DNA from: Chloroflexota bacterium
GTDB taxonomy: Bacteria > Chloroflexota > Anaerolineae > Anaerolineales > UBA11858
Length of the DNA: 30,820 nucleotides
Direction: 5' to 3'
Assembly (NCBI GenBank): GCA_034717875.1
Contig: JAYELX010000559.1
Span: forward strand, 1 to 30,820
Positions 19,105 to 28,247 of this stretch are shown piece by piece. The notes below the pieces were generated by a model. The model saw only the letters and a list, made by a program, of their open reading frames with translations, did no database searches and had not been told where the DNA came from. Position numbers and translations under genes: made by a program. Numbering within the stretch: position 1 is the first letter of the stretch; each line of letters starts with the position of its first letter.

Positions 19105-19749
19105 TCAGATATCTCTTACGTCCATGATTTTTACTACCAGTGGCTTGATGATTTCAATTAGCTTGTCTTTGCTAATATCGGCCACTTTGAGATGGCAGCC
19201 CCAATTGGTGGGGTCTTCCCCCAGGAAAGTATTCAGGGCCAGGATGAGACCGCCTTGTTCGGTGATTGTAGAGCTGATTTGCGCCAGTGAGCCTTTGAAA
19301 TTGGGAGCTAAAGCAGTCAAACGCACGCCTTTGTCTCGGGCCATCATAAGTTCGAGGAATGTCTTAAAAATATCAGACTCGGTGATAATTCCAACTACCA
19401 CTTCATCACGAATCACGGGCAAACCGCCAATGTTATTGTCATTCATAAGACGAGCAGCGTCTTCGATAGGGCAATCTTCTTCGACGGTGATGACATCTTT
19501 GGTCATTGTCTCTTTTACCTTTACTTTATTGAGAAGGTAGGTTATTTCCCATACATTCAACGACGTGACCGGGGATGGGGATGCGTATAGCAGGTCTGTG
19601 TGGGAGACAATTCCCAATAATTTATCTTCTTTATCAACGACGGGGAAGCGATGTACTTTCTCGCGCCGCATCCAATCCAGAGCATCAGCTATTGGAGTGT
19701 CGGTTGTGATGGTGATGGGATTAGGTGTCATTCGGTTTTTTACTAGCAT
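19105..19749 (-). CDS. CBS-pair + ACT domain protein (AcuB-like), paralog 2
   Basis: MLVKNRMTPNPI, HRFPVVD, IGGLPVI..VGIITESD, NFKGSLAQISSTI. Confidence 0.88.
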   Translation of the reverse strand: MLVKNRMTPNPITITTDTPIADALDWMRREKVHRFPVVDKEDKLLGIVSHTDLLYASPSPVTSLNVWEITYLLNKVKVKETMTKDVITVEEDCPIEDAARLMNDNNIGGLPVIRDEVVVGIITESDIFKTFLELMMARDKGVRLTALAPNFKGSLAQISSTITEQGGLILALNTFLGEDPTNWGCHLKVADISKDKLIEIIKPLVVKIMDVRDI

Positions 19750-20000
19750 TTTTAATCTCCTTTGTTGTAGAATGTGGTAAGAATTGATTGAAAATACTCG
19801 TGATATAGGTGACAGTCAGATTCTACCACCACCCAGAAAATTTGTGGGTGTTCATTTGGTTAGGTGTGCACGCAAATGTTGTTAGATGTATCGATAGTGA
19901 GCGAATGTCGGTCTAGCGCTGCGAAGCGTTTGATTGCGAAGCAGTGTATCGATACCAGTGAGTGGATTCCTGGAAGTAATATCTCTTTGGCAAGGTGCTT

Positions 20001-20050
20001 GGTCTCGATATGTTTTCTTCTAACTATAGTCGAAAACACTCGACCGGCGC
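20001..20050 (+). repeat. GGTCTCGATA...ACACTCGACCGGCGC hairpin element (compact copy)
   Basis: Both ends match the inverted copy at 30613-30752 (16-bp and 10-bp exact matches). Confidence 0.65.
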
Positions 20051-20082
20051 AGACAGGGATTGATGACAACCCTTGAGTGCAT

Positions 20083-20112
20083 ACTATGGTTGGCTGTCGG
20101 CTTTTATGTCAA
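20083..20112 (-). promoter_or_regulatory. Possible sigma70 promoter upstream of CBS paralog 2
   Basis: TTGACA (20112-20107), N18, CATAGT (20088-20083). Confidence 0.35.
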
Positions 20113-20153
20113 GCCAGTTGTGATGAGCTCGTAGTGGCGAATGAGGAAGCGTA

Positions 20154-21566
20154 TTACTCTGTTTGGGCTGCGACGTAGGTTTGTAATTGGCGCCGCGTTG
20201 TTTTATCCATGCGTGGGTCTTCGTGTTCGGCCAGTAAATCTTGCCAACGCTGTCGGGCGCGAGCGGCTGCGTCTAATTGCTCACCCCCCCACCAGGCCTC
20301 GATTCCGCTGCGGTCGGAGAGATTAGGCTGCCAGAATTCGGTGCGGCAGCGATCAAGTGTGTGATCCTCTCCCAAGAAATGACCACCAGCGCCAACTTTA
20401 GCGATGATATCATAAGCTAATGTTTTGGGATTGACATCGATACCTTTTGTATAATGGCGCATCATGCCGCACAATTCATCATCCATCACGAATTTTTCGT
20501 ACGAAAAAGCCAGGTAGGAACCAAGGATTCCGCCGGCGTGCAGCACGAAGTCAATGCCGCTGTTGATGGTGGTTAACATGCTGAACATAGATTCATATCC
20601 GGATTGTGCGTCGACTGTGCTGGAATCTGTAAGTGCTCCGCCGGCTCGAGTGGGGAGGCCATAATGGCGGGCAAGCTGTGCATGTACTTTGATGTACAAA
20701 GAACATTCCGGCCCTCCCAGCGCCAGCGCGCCAGTCCGCATATCAATGTTAGTGGATGTAGAACCGTAGATAGCGGGCGTGCCGGGACTGACAAGCTGAG
20801 TTAACGTGATCCCGGCCAGAAGCTCGGCGTTTTGCAATGCGACCACACCGGACAAGGTGATTGGCCCCGTAGAACCAGCCATAATAAGTGCGGCAATGAT
20901 CAGTGGTTGGCGGGCGCGGGCGTAGGCGATTGTTGCTTCGATCATATCCGTCCCGTAGCCTAGGGGGCTGAGAGGATTGATCAAACCTACGGTAAAGGGC
21001 TGTTCCATTTTTTTCCCGAAGAGGATCTCTGCCATTTCCATTGTATGCAGCGCGCCTTCTTTGCCTTCGGTGCTGCCTATGAAAGGTTTGTCGGAGTGCA
21101 CCATAGATGCATACAGCATCTCCAAGTGAGCGGTATCGCTGGAGACATCACCCGGTTCGACAAGCAAGTGGCCGCTCATATCTTGGTTGGGTAGTGCGTG
21201 GGCCAACTTGACCAGATTGTGATAGTCTTCCATCGTCGGAGAGCGTTTGCCCTCTTCGTAATCTATCACGAAAGGCGCTCCATAGCCGGGGGCAAAGACA
21301 GGTTCGCCGTCACCAACGATGATACTTTTATCGGGGTTGCGAGCTTGAATTGTGAATTGTGACGGAACCTGCTCAACGGCGTCCATGACTTGCTTTTCGG
21401 TCAAGTAGACAGTCTGCCCATTAACTTTGACGCCGTTCTTTTTGAAGATATCAATGGCTTCGTCTTCTGGAAAGCGGATGCCCTCGTTTGCCAGCAATTT
21501 CATGCTGGTGTCGTGGATTGACTGGATATCGGATGACGAGAGAATTTCGCGCTGGTTATTTGACAT
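20154..21566 (-). CDS. mttB: Non-pyrrolysine trimethylamine methyltransferase-family protein, paralog 3 (MtgB-like clade suspected)
   Basis: GLINPLSPL, MAGSTGPITL, GGALTDSSTVDAQSGYE, VGAGGHFL; start placed at ATG 21566 because GGAG lies a few nt upstream (track start 21578). Confidence 0.92.
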   Translation of the reverse strand: MSNNQREILSSSDIQSIHDTSMKLLANEGIRFPEDEAIDIFKKNGVKVNGQTVYLTEKQVMDAVEQVPSQFTIQARNPDKSIIVGDGEPVFAPGYGAPFVIDYEEGKRSPTMEDYHNLVKLAHALPNQDMSGHLLVEPGDVSSDTAHLEMLYASMVHSDKPFIGSTEGKEGALHTMEMAEILFGKKMEQPFTVGLINPLSPLGYGTDMIEATIAYARARQPLIIAALIMAGSTGPITLSGVVALQNAELLAGITLTQLVSPGTPAIYGSTSTNIDMRTGALALGGPECSLYIKVHAQLARHYGLPTRAGGALTDSSTVDAQSGYESMFSMLTTINSGIDFVLHAGGILGSYLAFSYEKFVMDDELCGMMRHYTKGIDVNPKTLAYDIIAKVGAGGHFLGEDHTLDRCRTEFWQPNLSDRSGIEAWWGGEQLDAAARARQRWQDLLAEHEDPRMDKTTRRQLQTYVAAQTE

Positions 21567-21598
21567 GGTATTCTCCATTGTGAATATTTTAGTTTGTG

Positions 21599-22807
21599 CT
21601 AGTGTCCTCGCAGGAAGCTGCTGCCTTCGAGTTTTATGCCTTCTTCGTAGCGGGTGGGGCGTAGCGGATTGTCTTCAGGTTTCATTTCACCGGTTACTAA
21701 ATCAGCTATTCGTTTGCCTGCCGCGGGAGAGAGCATCACGCCTGCCCAGTAACCACAATTCAGATAGAAACCGGGCGCTTCAGGAACTGGCCCAATCAGG
21801 GGTTGATCGTCAGGGGTATAAACGTAATGTCCCGCGCTGGTGATTACATCGCTGGCTTTGAGATTTTCAGCAATCTCTTCCCAGAAGGGGAAAAGTGGTA
21901 GTAATTTTTCAATGTTCTGGGCCGCAAAGTAACGGTCAGTGGGGATATATTCAGAGGGTGCGCTTTTTGGCTCGTTGGGGTCAACCCATCCTATAAGAGC
22001 GCCACCAGTTTCTGGCCGCCAGTATGAATCTCGAGATATGTCAATTGAGAGGGGGGCGTTTGGGGGGATTGTCGCCCTGGGGGTGATATATGCCTTTTGG
22101 CGGCGGACTGGCCATAGGGGGAGTTCTAGGTCGAGCATATCTCCCACGACTCCGGCGAAGGGGCCGGCGGCGTTGACGACCACGCGCGTGGCTATGTGCC
22201 CTCGATTGGTTTCTACTCCGCTGACACCCTGAGCGTCTTGCGTGATTCCTGTGGCTTTGGTGCTGACCAAAAAGCGGGCGCTGCTGCCATGAGCAAATCC
22301 CTGAGTGGCTTCATGAGTTGAAAGCCAGCCGTCTTTTTGCCGGAATGTGGCCGCGACAGCTCTTTGGCTGATGTACGGGAAGCGTTGGCGCACTTCATCA
22401 CCGCTGAGATATTCTGAATCGGTCACTCCAAGGCTGTGGTGCGTTTCAACTGCGGCTTTCACGTCGGCAATCATTTCTGCGTCATCGGTGACAAAGAGGT
22501 AGCCCTGGTGGTGAATATCAATGTCAATATCGGGGATGCCGATGATCTCGGCGAAGTTTTCGAAGATTTCTATGCTGGGGATTGCCAGCTCGGCCATGGT
22601 AGGCTCGGTGAATTGGGCGCGGAAACTCTCGATGGAGTTGGGCGTGGTTAGGGTCGAGAGGCCCTCGCGCATCTCCACCAGGACGGTATCCAGCCCGGCT
22701 CGTGAGAGCCAAAAGGCCGTAGCCGTGCCGACGATGCCGCCACCGATGACGACGGCATCAGACGTTTTTGGAAAGGTTTCCTCGGTTGGGGCGAATATTT
22801 TTTTCAT
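21599..22807 (-). CDS. DAO-family FAD-dependent oxidoreductase (sarcosine oxidase beta / HcnC / proline dehydrogenase beta-like)
   Basis: VVIGGGIVG, VVNAAGPFA, YTPDDQPLIGP, GVMLSPAAG; no GcvT domain. Confidence 0.88.
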   Translation of the reverse strand: MKKIFAPTEETFPKTSDAVVIGGGIVGTATAFWLSRAGLDTVLVEMREGLSTLTTPNSIESFRAQFTEPTMAELAIPSIEIFENFAEIIGIPDIDIDIHHQGYLFVTDDAEMIADVKAAVETHHSLGVTDSEYLSGDEVRQRFPYISQRAVAATFRQKDGWLSTHEATQGFAHGSSARFLVSTKATGITQDAQGVSGVETNRGHIATRVVVNAAGPFAGVVGDMLDLELPLWPVRRQKAYITPRATIPPNAPLSIDISRDSYWRPETGGALIGWVDPNEPKSAPSEYIPTDRYFAAQNIEKLLPLFPFWEEIAENLKASDVITSAGHYVYTPDDQPLIGPVPEAPGFYLNCGYWAGVMLSPAAGKRIADLVTGEMKPEDNPLRPTRYEEGIKLEGSSFLRGH

Positions 22808-22860
22808 GTTGTAAGCCTTTTTTGTTTCCTCTTTCTCACCAAGTGAGCCCCTTCGGCTTG

Positions 22861-23898
22861 TTAAGCCTCTCTCTTAGAGCGAAGTGCTCTGATTTTACCT
22901 AAAACCCATTGGTAGAAGCCTGAAAAACCATCGGGATAGTATATCATCACCAAGATCATTAAGATACCATAGATGACATTGTGTATACCGGGTAATTCGG
23001 TCAAGCTTGATCGCAAGAATTCGATTAAGAAAACGAAGGGGAAAGCTATAGCTATGCCGCCCCAAAGGCTGCCGCGTCCGCCGATATAGGCAATCGCCAG
23101 CACTTCAACGGTTTTGGATGTGTGCATCAGTGTCATGGGGGTCAGCGAACCGAAGTAATGGGCGTAGAATCCACCCAGCCAGCCGGCGAAGAATGACGAG
23201 ATGGTAAAGTTGAGTACTTTGTACTTGGTGGGGTTGATCCCGGAGGCGCGAGCAGCATCAACGTTCTGGCCAATAGCCTTGAAAGCCAATCCGTAGTTGG
23301 ATTTCGTAATCAGTTTGAGGGTGATAAAGGTGATCACCATCATGCCAAAGATGATGTAGAAGTAAGGCCGGTTGGCTGCTGTTTCCAGAAATCTTGGGGG
23401 GGCCATCCCTAAAGGCCCGCGGGTCCATTCGGTCATGTTGTTGATGATGCCCATTAGCGCAATGCCTACAAACCATGCCATCACTGCGGCGTAGATGCCG
23501 CGCAGACGTAGGGTCAAAAGGCCCAACAAAAAGCCCAGTAGCCCGGCAACAATGGCGCCAATCCAGATACCGATCCAGGGAGAAATGCCTAATTGGGGTA
23601 TGATGAAAGGTTTAGTATTGGCCAGCATGCCTGATGTGTATGCTCCCAAGCCCAGGATGGCGGCAAAACCGAAGTTCACCACATTGATGTAACCGGCTGT
23701 GAAGTCGAAAGCCACCGATTGCGCGGCCAGAAACGCGCCCATGATCATCCATCGGATAATATGCTCTTGGTTAAAGGGTGGAATGAAGGGCAGAACGGCG
23801 ATAATGATTAACAGAATTAGACCTAGAGGTGTAAATCCGATACGATTTAGTAAATCTACGATGCGTTTCCAAGTGTTATTTTTTAAAGCGTTATTCAT
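22861..23898 (-). CDS. livM: Branched-chain amino acid-type ABC permease (LivM family)
   Basis: GYINVVNFGFAAILGLGAY, LRLRGIY, AFKAIGQNVDAARASGIN, IGGRGSLWG. Confidence 0.9.
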   Translation of the reverse strand: MNNALKNNTWKRIVDLLNRIGFTPLGLILLIIIAVLPFIPPFNQEHIIRWMIMGAFLAAQSVAFDFTAGYINVVNFGFAAILGLGAYTSGMLANTKPFIIPQLGISPWIGIWIGAIVAGLLGFLLGLLTLRLRGIYAAVMAWFVGIALMGIINNMTEWTRGPLGMAPPRFLETAANRPYFYIIFGMMVITFITLKLITKSNYGLAFKAIGQNVDAARASGINPTKYKVLNFTISSFFAGWLGGFYAHYFGSLTPMTLMHTSKTVEVLAIAYIGGRGSLWGGIAIAFPFVFLIEFLRSSLTELPGIHNVIYGILMILVMIYYPDGFSGFYQWVLGKIRALRSKREA

Positions 23899-23918
23899 GA
23901 GTCGTTCTCCTATATTGT

Positions 23919-24971
23919 TTATTGCTCTTGGATGCTTTTGACTTCACTGCCGAATAGTCCAGACGGAGCGATTAGCAATACCAGTACCATCACAGCAGTG
24001 GGAATTACGGTTTCCCAGGTGATGGTGAAGAAAAGTTGTGTGGATGTCTGGAGCAAAGCGACGATGAAGCCGCCCGCAATAGCACCGACTACATTTCCTA
24101 GTCCAGCCAGCATGACCACGTACCAGGCGAAATAAAGTGGTTTCACCCCCACCGTGGGATAGGCCTGGAACATAAAAAGCAAAGTGGCGCCTGCGATGGC
24201 TGCCATGGCTGTAGCTAGAGAGAATGTCAGCGTTTGGATGAAGTTTAGGTTAATGCCAACGAGTTGAGCGCCAGTTTCGTCTTGTGAGACTGCCCGGATC
24301 GCACGCCCAGTTCGCGTTTTGCGTAGGAACCACCATAAGACGCCAATGGTTACGACGGCGATGAAAAAGGCGACTAATCGGTCAAACGACATGCGGGCGC
24401 CCAAGATTTCAACCGGTTCTATATCCCAGTACTTAGGAATCCCTCTAAAGTTGGTACCAAGTACCAATACTGTGCCATTGGTCATGACGAAGGATAAACC
24501 TACTGTCAGCAAGAAGGCGTTCATGATCCATCCAGATTTGGTTCTATGCCTCAGAGGCGCGAAGACGAGCCGCTCAATGATTACACCAAGAATGGCGCCC
24601 GCCACTCCTGCGGCTAGAACACCGGCGAAGGGAGCAATGTTCTTTAGGAATGTGCTGGGGTTTTCTCCCAAGGCTTCTATCAACGGTGTATAAACAAAGT
24701 AAGATATATATGCCCCAACCATGAAGGATTCTCCATGGGCAAAGTGGGGGACGTTCATAACACCAAACACAAGAGCTAACCCAACAGCCAGTAATGCCCA
24801 CATTCCACCGGACACAATTGTGTTGATGATTTGTGCGGATCCGCCTTTGATCCCGATGGCGATTAGTAGTATCAGTGAAAAGGCAGTTACAATTGTGAGG
24901 GAGAGATTGTCTTTGATTTGGGTCATCAGATTTTTTTGGGTCGTTTGTGCTGCAACTGTATCATTCGCCAT
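23919..24971 (-). CDS. livH: Branched-chain amino acid-type ABC permease (LivH family)
   Basis: GLALVFGVMNVPHFAHG, TGRAIRAVSQD..AQLVGIN, MLAGLGNVVGA. Confidence 0.92.
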   Translation of the reverse strand: MANDTVAAQTTQKNLMTQIKDNLSLTIVTAFSLILLIAIGIKGGSAQIINTIVSGGMWALLAVGLALVFGVMNVPHFAHGESFMVGAYISYFVYTPLIEALGENPSTFLKNIAPFAGVLAAGVAGAILGVIIERLVFAPLRHRTKSGWIMNAFLLTVGLSFVMTNGTVLVLGTNFRGIPKYWDIEPVEILGARMSFDRLVAFFIAVVTIGVLWWFLRKTRTGRAIRAVSQDETGAQLVGINLNFIQTLTFSLATAMAAIAGATLLFMFQAYPTVGVKPLYFAWYVVMLAGLGNVVGAIAGGFIVALLQTSTQLFFTITWETVIPTAVMVLVLLIAPSGLFGSEVKSIQEQ

Positions 24972-25013
24972 AGAATTTTCTCCTCAATATGTGTGCGTAG
25001 CGTTTTTTACGAT

Positions 25014-25120
25014 GGAGCAATCTCTTGATAATTGGATGAGATTACTTGCTTCAAGAGCATGCTTCGCGATTGCCCCGGAAAAGAACTTAAGACTTGCACG
25101 TAGTCCCCTGGGGGATGACA
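25014..25120. repeat. REP-like palindromic insert inside the liv operon (livF-livH gap)
   Basis: agcaatctc / gagattacttgcttc stem and a gggggatgaca end, resembling GTCAT...GAAGCAATCTC-type repeats. Confidence 0.45.
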
Positions 25121-25228
25121 GCGCCTTTTGCTAAGGTAGTTCCAGAGTTTAAGACCTTCCAAAAATTGGGTGTTTTCGGGATGAATAGAGTAATTTTAGA
25201 AGGCCTATTTTTCTGGAATGGTCTAATC

Positions 25229-25933
25229 TCAGATGCCGAGATATGCGTTTCTAACATGCTCGTTTTGTTTTAATTCTTGGCTTGGCCCTTCCATGACTAT
25301 GCGCCCTTGCTCCAAGATGTATGCCCGGTCGGTGATGTTGAGGGTGGCGTTTACGTTCTGCTCTACGAGCAAGATTGTCACCCCTTGATCGCGCAGTTGC
25401 AGAAGGGCGTCAAAAACATCGTAAACCAAGCTGGGTTGCAGGCCAAGAGAAGGTTCGTCAACCAACATAAGCTGTGGATTCGACATCATGCCTCTAGCGA
25501 TGGCCAACATTTTGCGTTCTCCGCCACTCATTGTCCCGGCTAGTTGGTCTTTTCGTTCCTCTAGGCGAGGGAACAGGCTGAAGATAAAATCCAGAGTTTC
25601 AAGTTGGGTGTCTTTGTCGGGCACAGCATAGGCTCCCAAGAGTAGGTTCTCGCTCACGGACATGGCAGTGAAGAGATTTAGCTTTTCTGAAACGTAGCTG
25701 ATGCCCATGCGACTGATCTCATGCGGAGGCGTGTTATTGATAGATTTTCCGTTGAATAATATCTCTCCGTCATTGGGTTTGATTAATCCGGCGATTGTTC
25801 GAAGGGTCGTGGATTTGCCAGCCCCATTGGGACCTACTAAAGCTACAAATTCCCCTTTTTTAACATGAAGGGATACATTCCATAATACTTGGAGGAAGTC
25901 GTAACCTGCGTCAATTTTCTTTAGTTCAAGCAT
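25229..25933 (-). CDS. livF: ABC ATP-binding subunit (LivF family)
   Basis: GPNGAGKST, MSGGERKML, LVDEPSLGL, LLVEQN. Confidence 0.95.
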   Translation of the reverse strand: MLELKKIDAGYDFLQVLWNVSLHVKKGEFVALVGPNGAGKSTTLRTIAGLIKPNDGEILFNGKSINNTPPHEISRMGISYVSEKLNLFTAMSVSENLLLGAYAVPDKDTQLETLDFIFSLFPRLEERKDQLAGTMSGGERKMLAIARGMMSNPQLMLVDEPSLGLQPSLVYDVFDALLQLRDQGVTILLVEQNVNATLNITDRAYILEQGRIVMEGPSQELKQNEHVRNAYLGI

Positions 25934-26657
25934 TGGGAATTTCCTCCTCTCCCAGATATGCCTCGATGACTTTGGGATTTTGTAAGACTTCGTTTGGGGT
26001 ACCCTCAGCGATTGTTGTTCCGTACTGGATGACCATAACGCGATCGCAGATACCTTTGATTACTTGCATAATATGCTCTACCGCGATGATAGTTACGCCT
26101 GTGTCCCGGATCCTTTTGATTAGTGTCATAATAGATTCAAGTTCGCCGCGTGTCAACCCGGATGCCAACTCATCCAGTAGTAAGAGTTTTGGTTGGCAAG
26201 CATACGCTCTTGCCAAGTCGAGACGCTTGAGCTGCACTGTGTTGAGTCGCTCTGCAGGAGTATCTATGGGAAGGGGGAACTCCACAAAATTTATTGCTTC
26301 TCTGGCGCGTTGATTTGCGGGCTTCAAGCCAGTTTTGGTGACACCAAAGATCGCACCGACTTTTACGTTTTCTAAAATGGTTAGTTTGGGGAATGGTCGA
26401 GGAATTTGAAAGGTTCTAGCCATACCTTTCCGGCACATGACATTGGCTGGTTCGCCTGTGGTTTCTTCTCCTGCGAAATAGATGGCACCATCGGTGGGAG
26501 GAAATGCGCCTGATATAGAGTTGAGAAAAGTTGTCTTTCCAGCACCATTAGGGCCAATAAGCCCGTAGATTTGTCCCTCCTCGACTTGCATGGAGACATG
26601 GTTTACGGCAGTTAATCCCCCAAATCTTTTAGTGACCTCTTTTGTATCAAGTAACAT
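25926..26657 (-). CDS. livG: ABC ATP-binding subunit (LivG family)
   Basis: KRFGGLTAV, GPNGAGKTT, RTFQIPRPF, LLLDE, VEH, VIEAYLG. Confidence 0.95.
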   Translation of the reverse strand: MLLDTKEVTKRFGGLTAVNHVSMQVEEGQIYGLIGPNGAGKTTFLNSISGAFPPTDGAIYFAGEETTGEPANVMCRKGMARTFQIPRPFPKLTILENVKVGAIFGVTKTGLKPANQRAREAINFVEFPLPIDTPAERLNTVQLKRLDLARAYACQPKLLLLDELASGLTRGELESIMTLIKRIRDTGVTIIAVEHIMQVIKGICDRVMVIQYGTTIAEGTPNEVLQNPKVIEAYLGEEEIPNA

Positions 26658-26677
26658 TATTGATTGCCTCTCTAACT

Positions 26678-26719
26678 AAAAAAAAGGAGGGGCGGGGACT
26701 AGCCCGCCTCCCCTTTTTT
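26678..26719 (-). terminator. Intrinsic terminator between the binding-protein gene and livG
   Basis: Minus strand ggggaggcggg-ctagt-ccccgcccctcc-T8; also T-rich in the other direction. Confidence 0.8.
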
Positions 26720-26734
26720 GTAATAAAAACCCAA

Positions 26735-28159
26735 CTAAGGTTTCGGAGCGAAATCTTGAACTGCCCATTGTGGTGGATAGATGATCTTGCCTTCACCGTC
26801 GAAGTACTGCAGGACGGGGAAGATGTAGTAACCCTCACCTACGATAGGATCAGGAATCGAATCAGGTGAAGCGGCGTATTCGTCCATCACGATGCCATCG
26901 GTGTAGGACCACTCACCGGTCCAAAGGTTCTCTTTGATGAAATTATAGATGGTTTCACTGCTCAGTTCACCGTATTCCTCGATAGTGGCTTCAGCCACGG
27001 CGATGAACATATTGACGCCGTCGTAGGAGAGACCACCAGCGCAGGCGCTGGGCGTAAAGCCAGCTTCGGACTCGAAGGCCTCGGCAAAGGCTTTGCCTTC
27101 TTCGGTGGCCCAACCGGGAATCTGATCAATGACGTAGTTGGAAGCCTCGCCGGTGTTCTCGTACCACTCGCCAGCCCAGCCGAGACCATCCATGATGATC
27201 AGGCTCTTCAGTCCGACTTCGTCAGCCTGCTTGATGAAGGCAGAGGCAACAGGCAGTGCCGCGCTTGTGCCAGCAATCAGAGCAGGGTTAGAGTCCTTGA
27301 ATTTATTGAGCAGCGGGTAGAACTCAGTCTGGTCAATGGCGAAGTATTCTTCGCCCACCTTTTCCCAACCATTTGCTATGAGTTGTTCCTCGATGGCCAT
27401 ACCGAAACTGCGGCCCCAATCGGTGTCCTCTCCGTATAAAGCGAAGGTCTTGGCTTCGGGGGCAAAGGTGCCATCAGCGATGGCAGCTTCTAACATTTGC
27501 ACGTAGGGGATGCACATCTTCGCGGGAGTGGCCCAACCTTTGTACATCCAGTAGCCGTAATATTCAGGATCGGATGCGAAGGTCTCGTTGACCACTTCGG
27601 TGGCGCCAAAGCCGAAGATGTGGGGAATTTTGTGCTTGGCAGCCATTTCCATAGCGGAAACCGAGACGGAGCTGTGCCAGTTGAGCACGCCTGCCTGGAT
27701 GCCATCCTGGACGACGGCTTGCTCATAGGCCTGGGAGGCCTTGGCGGGGTCAGATTGAGAGTCAATCCAAACCGGCTCGATCGTGTATGGCCCAATTTGC
27801 CATCCAATGGCTTCTAAGGCCATATTGGTTGATTGTTTGAACTCATCACCTGTGCGGGCGCTTGGTCCACTGAAAGGTCCAAGGATGCCCAGTTTGAAAA
27901 CCTGTTCTTCCTCAACTACTTCAGCTTCTTCGGCTTCCTCAGCCTCTTCAACTACTTCGGCTTCCTCAGCCTCTTCAACTACTTCGGCTTCCTCGGCCTC
28001 TTCAACTACTTCGGCTTCCTCGGCCTCTTCAACTACTTCGGCCTCTTCAGCTTCCTCAGCCACTGGCTCTTCGGCTGCTGGCTTGCATGCGCCGAGTACC
28101 AACGTCAGCGATACTAGGATCGCTATGATTATAAAAAGGTTCGTTCGCTTAAACTTCAT
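26735..28159 (-). CDS. ABC substrate-binding lipoprotein (Liv/Leu-binding family) with an acidic repeat linker
   Basis: Signal peptide and lipobox LGAC; (EEAEEAEVV)x5; KLGILGPFSGPSARTG; heads the liv operon. Confidence 0.9.
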   Translation of the reverse strand: MKFKRTNLFIIIAILVSLTLVLGACKPAAEEPVAEEAEEAEVVEEAEEAEVVEEAEEAEVVEEAEEAEVVEEAEEAEEAEVVEEEQVFKLGILGPFSGPSARTGDEFKQSTNMALEAIGWQIGPYTIEPVWIDSQSDPAKASQAYEQAVVQDGIQAGVLNWHSSVSVSAMEMAAKHKIPHIFGFGATEVVNETFASDPEYYGYWMYKGWATPAKMCIPYVQMLEAAIADGTFAPEAKTFALYGEDTDWGRSFGMAIEEQLIANGWEKVGEEYFAIDQTEFYPLLNKFKDSNPALIAGTSAALPVASAFIKQADEVGLKSLIIMDGLGWAGEWYENTGEASNYVIDQIPGWATEEGKAFAEAFESEAGFTPSACAGGLSYDGVNMFIAVAEATIEEYGELSSETIYNFIKENLWTGEWSYTDGIVMDEYAASPDSIPDPIVGEGYYIFPVLQYFDGEGKIIYPPQWAVQDFAPKP

Positions 28160-28247
28160 GTGTTACTCCTCCTATCAGAGTATGTTATATGATGTTATTT
28201 TATTCGGAAAGTGGGGAATTTTAGTTATATGTATTTGTGTGTTGGTT

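Noticed and set aside
25022-25031. SAM-I riboswitch start (TTATCAAGAG on the minus strand) upstream of livH
   Set aside because: The following GAGGGA/GGCCC/GCAACC core is absent and the match lies in a REP-like stem.
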